A program made the position numbers and the translations under genes. This document shows, piece after piece, positions 59,682 to 64,000 of a stretch of DNA of 64,000 nt. Source of the DNA: Terriglobia bacterium. Its GTDB lineage: Bacteria; Acidobacteriota; Terriglobia; 20CM-2-55-15. Each line of letters starts with the position of its first letter. The stretch's first letter is position 1. The notes under the pieces are model-generated. The model had not been told where the DNA came from. It saw only the letters and a list, made by a program, of their open reading frames with translations, and made no database searches. The stretch spans positions 704,001 through 768,000 of the forward strand of contig CAXWPJ010000009.1 in the NCBI GenBank assembly GCA_963664115.2, written 5' to 3'.

Positions 59682-60304
59682 TTCACCAGAACCTCTTGAA
59701 GGCCTTGGATCGCGGCCTTCGTGAAGATCACGTGCCGAGAGTTCAAAAGCTGATATGGAGTCACTTGAAGGTTTGCGATCAAGCGAACCTCGGAGAGGTT
59801 CCGGGAAGCCATGTGGAGATTCTGATTCTCCTCGTGATCAACTAAGAGCACTTTGCGCTTGAAACCCAATTTGTCGAGTGTCTCTACAAAAGGCTTCGTC
59901 CGATGGCTCCCAAGGCTGAACGCATCGACAACGCTGAGTTCAGAATCCCGAAGCTTCACGGTTAGGGCAGATCGTAACGCCGCACGAAACATTTTTTTCG
60001 GAAGCTCATAGCCGTATTTTCTAGGTTTCGGACCGAACACTATGCCCCCGGCTCGCCACAGCGGGTTCCGCGCCTCTCCGACCCGCGCACGTCCCGAGCC
60101 TTTCTGACGCCAAGGCTTTCGACCGCTACCCCGCACTTCAGCACGCGTCTTGGTGGAATGGGTTCCTGCACGGTGGCTCGCCAGATATTGCCGAACCGCA
60201 TCGTGCATCAAACCCTCGTTGACGGGAGCATCGAATACGACCTCAGAGAGTTCGATCGTCTCGACGACCTTGTTTTCCAGATTCTTAACTTTGATTTTCG
60301 GCAT
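59678..60304 (-). CDS. rplD: 50S ribosomal protein L4
   Basis: KPWRQKGSGRARVG, GGIVFGPKPR. Confidence 0.97.
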   Translation of the reverse strand: MPKIKVKNLENKVVETIELSEVVFDAPVNEGLMHDAVRQYLASHRAGTHSTKTRAEVRGSGRKPWRQKGSGRARVGEARNPLWRAGGIVFGPKPRKYGYELPKKMFRAALRSALTVKLRDSELSVVDAFSLGSHRTKPFVETLDKLGFKRKVLLVDHEENQNLHMASRNLSEVRLIANLQVTPYQLLNSRHVIFTKAAIQGLQEVLVK

Positions 60305-60305
60305 G

Positions 60306-60944
60306 CTACCCTGCCCGCTGAACCACAACGTATCCGCCGTTGGGTCCCGGTACGGCGCCTCTCACCAAAATCAGGTTCTTTTCTTCGTCCACTCCGTGCA
60401 CGCGCAGCCCGCGGGTCGTCACCCGCGCCGCTCCCATATGACCTGGCATCCGAGTCCCCTTCAACACGCGGGAAGGATAAGCAGACTGTCCGATCGATCC
60501 CGGCGCGCGGTGGAACATGGACCCGTGGGTTGCTCGGCCACCGGAAAAACCGTGACGTTTGATGACTCCAGCGAAACCGCGGCCCTTACTCGTTCCGGTC
60601 ACATGAACCCGATCACTGGATTTAAAGATATCGACCTGTACGCGGTCGCCCGTCTTCACGTCATCGTCACCGCTGAGAGCCACCTCCCGTAAAAAACGTA
60701 CAGGCGGTACGCCTGCTTTCTTGAAATGTCCAGCCATCGGTTTGCCAACACGCTTTTCCTTCACAAATTCCACCAAACCCAACTGCGCAGCTTCGTACCC
60801 ATCACGTGCGACCGTCTTTCGCTGCACGACAACACATGGGCCGACTTCAATGACGGTTACAGGCACAGCCGTCCCATCCTCTTCCAGTACCTGGGTCATG
60901 CCAACTTTCTTGCCTAAGAGTGCGTCTACCATTTTCCTGCTCAC
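60306..60944 (-). CDS. rplC: 50S ribosomal protein L3
   Basis: [35 protein letters not shown]. Confidence 0.97.
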   Translation of the reverse strand: MSRKMVDALLGKKVGMTQVLEEDGTAVPVTVIEVGPCVVVQRKTVARDGYEAAQLGLVEFVKEKRVGKPMAGHFKKAGVPPVRFLREVALSGDDDVKTGDRVQVDIFKSSDRVHVTGTSKGRGFAGVIKRHGFSGGRATHGSMFHRAPGSIGQSAYPSRVLKGTRMPGHMGAARVTTRGLRVHGVDEEKNLILVRGAVPGPNGGYVVVQRAG

Positions 60945-60986
60945 GTCGAGGCCACGCCCTTAATTGCCGCGGCCCTTCCAACCGTC

Positions 60987-61316
60987 CTAGGTTCCGTGCT
61001 CTCGTCCAAAAGCCTTGATCTCGACATCAACACCAGCGGGCAGGTCCAACTTCATCAAGGCATCCACCGTTTGGGGTGTCGGCTCGAGAATGTCCAGCAA
61101 CCGTTTGTGAGTCCGGATCTCAAACTGCTCCCGCGACTTCTTATCGACGTGGGGCGAGCGTAAGACGGTGTACTTGTTGATGACCGTTGGGAGGGGAATC
61201 GGACCGGCCACTCGGGCACCGGTACGTTTTGCCGTATCCACGATCTCGCTCGATGATTGATCCAGTATCCTCGAGTCGTAAGCCTTAAGCCGAATGCGAA
61301 TTTTCTCGTTTAACAT
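60987..61316 (-). CDS. rpsJ: 30S ribosomal protein S10
   Basis: [29 protein letters not shown]. Confidence 0.98.
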   Translation of the reverse strand: MLNEKIRIRLKAYDSRILDQSSSEIVDTAKRTGARVAGPIPLPTVINKYTVLRSPHVDKKSREQFEIRTHKRLLDILEPTPQTVDALMKLDLPAGVDVEIKAFGREHGT

Positions 61317-61330
61317 CGTGATGAATATTT

Positions 61331-62521
61331 TCAGTCTTCTGTAATTTCAGTGACGGTACCGGCACCCACTGTGCGGCCGCCTTCCCGGATCGCAAATCGC
61401 AGACCCTTCTCCAGAGCCACCGGCGTGATCAACTCAATCTTCAAACTCACGTTGTCTCCGGGCATCACCATCTCCACCCCTTCCGGTAGCGACGATGACC
61501 CCGTCACGTCTGTGGTCCGAAAATAAAACTGCGGCCGATACCCGTTGAAAAACGGCGTGTGCCGACCGCCCTCGTCCTTTGTCAGCACATACACCTCGGC
61601 ATTGAACTTCGTGTGCGGCAGGATCGACCCCTTCTTCGCCACCACCTGTCCCCGCTCCACTTCGTCCTTCTTCGTCCCCCGCAACAACAACCCCACGTTG
61701 TCGCCGGCCTGCCCCTGATCGAGCAGCTTCTTGAACATTTCCACGCCCGTGATCACCGTCTTGAACGTCGGCGTAAATCCCACGATCTCCAACTCTTCGC
61801 CAACCTTCACGATCCCGCGCTCGACTCGGCCCGTCACCACCGTTCCACGTCCTGATATCGAGAAAATATCCTCGATCGGCATCAAGAACGGCTTGTCCAC
61901 ATCCCGCTCCGGTATCGGTATGTACTCATCCACCTTTGCCATCAACTCTTCGATCTTGGCCACAGCCGCCTCGTCTTCTTCCAGCGCCTTCAGTGCCGAC
62001 ACTCGCACGACCGGCACGTCATCCCCCGGAAATCCATAGGACGTCAACAATTCCCGTACTTCCATCTCCACCAACTCCACCAACTCCTCGTCTTCCACCG
62101 CGTCGCACTTATTCAATGCAACCACCACATAGGGCACGCCCACCTGCCGCGCCAGCAATATGTGCTCCCGCGTCTGCGGCATCGGCCCATCTGTGGCCGC
62201 CACCACCAGGATTGCACCGTCCATCTGCGCTGCTCCCGTGATCATGTTCTTGATATAGTCGGCGTGTCCCGGACAGTCCACGTGCGCGTAGTGCCGATTC
62301 GATGTCTCATACTCCACATGCGCTGTTGCGATCGTGATCCCACGCGCTTTCTCTTCAGGCGCATTGTCGATCGAATCAAACGACCGGTACAACACCTTGT
62401 CATTATTCTTCGCCAACGTCTTCGTTATCGCCGCCGTCAACGTCGTCTTCCCATGATCGATATGTCCGATCGTCCCGACGTTGATGTGCGGCTTGTTTCG
62501 CTCAAATTTCTCTTTCGCCAT
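61331..62521 (-). CDS. tuf: Elongation factor Tu
   Basis: [37 protein letters not shown]. Confidence 0.99.
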   Translation of the reverse strand: MAKEKFERNKPHINVGTIGHIDHGKTTLTAAITKTLAKNNDKVLYRSFDSIDNAPEEKARGITIATAHVEYETSNRHYAHVDCPGHADYIKNMITGAAQMDGAILVVAATDGPMPQTREHILLARQVGVPYVVVALNKCDAVEDEELVELVEMEVRELLTSYGFPGDDVPVVRVSALKALEEDEAAVAKIEELMAKVDEYIPIPERDVDKPFLMPIEDIFSISGRGTVVTGRVERGIVKVGEELEIVGFTPTFKTVITGVEMFKKLLDQGQAGDNVGLLLRGTKKDEVERGQVVAKKGSILPHTKFNAEVYVLTKDEGGRHTPFFNGYRPQFYFRTTDVTGSSSLPEGVEMVMPGDNVSLKIELITPVALEKGLRFAIREGGRTVGAGTVTEITED

Positions 62522-62585
62522 GGCTTCTCTTCCTCGTCTGGTTTCTCTGTCTTCTGTTCGGGCCGTCTATGACCACCCTGCCTCT

Positions 62586-64000
62586 TTATGCCGGCTTGAA
62601 TTCCCGCCCTTGAGCCCTCGCAACGATCTCATCCTCGATCTGGGAGGGCACCTCTGAATATTGTCCAAAATGCATCGAGAAAGTTGCGCGTCCCTGGGTC
62701 ATCGATCGGAGGTCCGTGGCGTAACCGAACATCGTCGCCAACGGAACAAGTGCTCGAACAATTTGAGTTCCTTGACGCGCTTCCATACCTTCCACGTGTC
62801 CTCGGCGGGAATTCAAATCTCCGATCACATCCCCCAAGTACTCCTCAGGAAGAACCGCTTCAACTCGCATCACAGGTTCCAACAAGACTGGAAACGCCTT
62901 TGCACATGCCGTCTTGAACGCCATTGACCCCGCAATTTTGAACGCGATTTCTGAAGAATCCACATCGTGGTAAGACCCATCAAACAACGTAACTTTCAGA
63001 TCACGCACCTCATATCCCGCTAAAATCCCGGACGTCATCGCCTCGGTGATTCCTTGCTGTACAGGCTTAACAAACTCTTTGGGAATCGAACCGCCGACGA
63101 TCTTATTGACAAATTCCAGGCCCGTACCGGATTCGGCAGGTTCAATCTTTATCTTGACGTGACCGTATTGGCCCCGGCCACCGGTTTGCCGAACGTAACG
63201 CCCCTCAGCCTCAGCTGCTTTACGAATCGTTTCCTTATAAGAGACCTGAGGCTTACCAACATTTGCACCCACGCTGAACTCTCTCAGCATCCTGTCGACA
63301 ATGATTTCCAAATGCAGTTCACCCATCCCGGAAATAATGCTCTGTCCGGTATCCATGTCGGTATGCATTCGGAAAGTGGGATCCTCCTGAGCCAGTTTTC
63401 CCAGCGCCATTCCCATCTTTTCCTGGTCAGCCTTAGTCTTTGGTTCGATCGCAACCGAAATAACGGGCTCTGGGAAATCCATGGCTTCGAGAAGAATAGG
63501 CGCATGTTCGTCGCAAATTGTATCCCCCGTCGTCACAGCCTTTAATCCGATGGCGGCCGCAATATCTCCGGTATAGATGCCTTTTATTTCTTCACGCTTG
63601 TCCGCATGCATCTTCAACAGGCGGCCGATGCGTTCGCGTTTATTTTTCGCCGTGTTGTAAACGTACGATCCGGCATCAATATGACCCGAATACACTCTGA
63701 AGAAGGCCAGCTGCCCGACAAAAGGGTCGTACATGATTTTGAAAACGAGCGCCGAAAACGCCTCTGAATCATCGGCGTTTCGGGTGACTTCTGAAGATCG
63801 GTCGGACGTAAAGCCTGAAATCGGGGGCACGTCGAGAGGAGAGGGAAGGAATTCGACAACGGCATCAAGGAGGGTTTGGACACCTTTATTCTTGAAGGCG
63901 GAGCCACACAGGACCGGTGTCATCTTCATCTCGATTGTGGCACGCCTGACACCCGCCTTGAGCTCATCCTCAGAGATTTCCTTGCCATTGACAAACTTCT
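62586..64000 (-). CDS. fusA: Elongation factor G (5' part outside the window)
   Basis: [47 protein letters not shown]. Confidence 0.98.
   Translation of the reverse strand, partial: KFVNGKEISEDELKAGVRRATIEMKMTPVLCGSAFKNKGVQTLLDAVVEFLPSPLDVPPISGFTSDRSSEVTRNADDSEAFSALVFKIMYDPFVGQLAFFRVYSGHIDAGSYVYNTAKNKRERIGRLLKMHADKREEIKGIYTGDIAAAIGLKAVTTGDTICDEHAPILLEAMDFPEPVISVAIEPKTKADQEKMGMALGKLAQEDPTFRMHTDMDTGQSIISGMGELHLEIIVDRMLREFSVGANVGKPQVSYKETIRKAAEAEGRYVRQTGGRGQYGHVKIKIEPAESGTGLEFVNKIVGGSIPKEFVKPVQQGITEAMTSGILAGYEVRDLKVTLFDGSYHDVDSSEIAFKIAGSMAFKTACAKAFPVLLEPVMRVEAVLPEEYLGDVIGDLNSRRGHVEGMEARQGTQIVRALVPLATMFGYATDLRSMTQGRATFSMHFGQYSEVPSQIEDEIVARAQGREFKPA

Overview
Bacterial chromosome segment, about 60% GC, most likely Acidobacteriota (RpoA N-terminus [15 protein letters not shown]6152-like and PQQ-propeller genes; inference, not a database result). 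The right third (46.3-64 kb) is the conserved fusA-tuf-S10-spc-alpha ribosomal cluster on the minus strand, followed by a K+-dependent membrane pyrophosphatase with a candidate Na+ riboswitch. The middle holds transport and aromatic/organic-acid catabolism genes (TAXI-TRAP, TTT, FAD monooxygenase, gentisate-dioxygenase-like cupin, MmgE/PrpD). Two accessory islands stand out. (1) 6.4-13.1 kb: a complete 'reverse' integron, with intI co-oriented with and upstream of attI and five cassette ORFs, bracketed by two copies of an IS91/ISCR oriIS-like sequence; the last attC is fused into one of them at G|TTCAAA. (2) 35.6-40.7 kb: a paralogous integron that keeps only the last codons of intI plus attI next to an IS3 end, with six cassette units, a probable IS91 remnant, an 18-bp flanking direct repeat and a 226-bp tandem duplication. 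Cassette cargo is nuclease/defence-like (2 HNH, HEPN-like, PARG-like, HigBA, RusA-like, LexA-type wHTH, ORF6N). No tRNA, rRNA or CRISPR array was seen. All product calls come from recognising motifs by eye.
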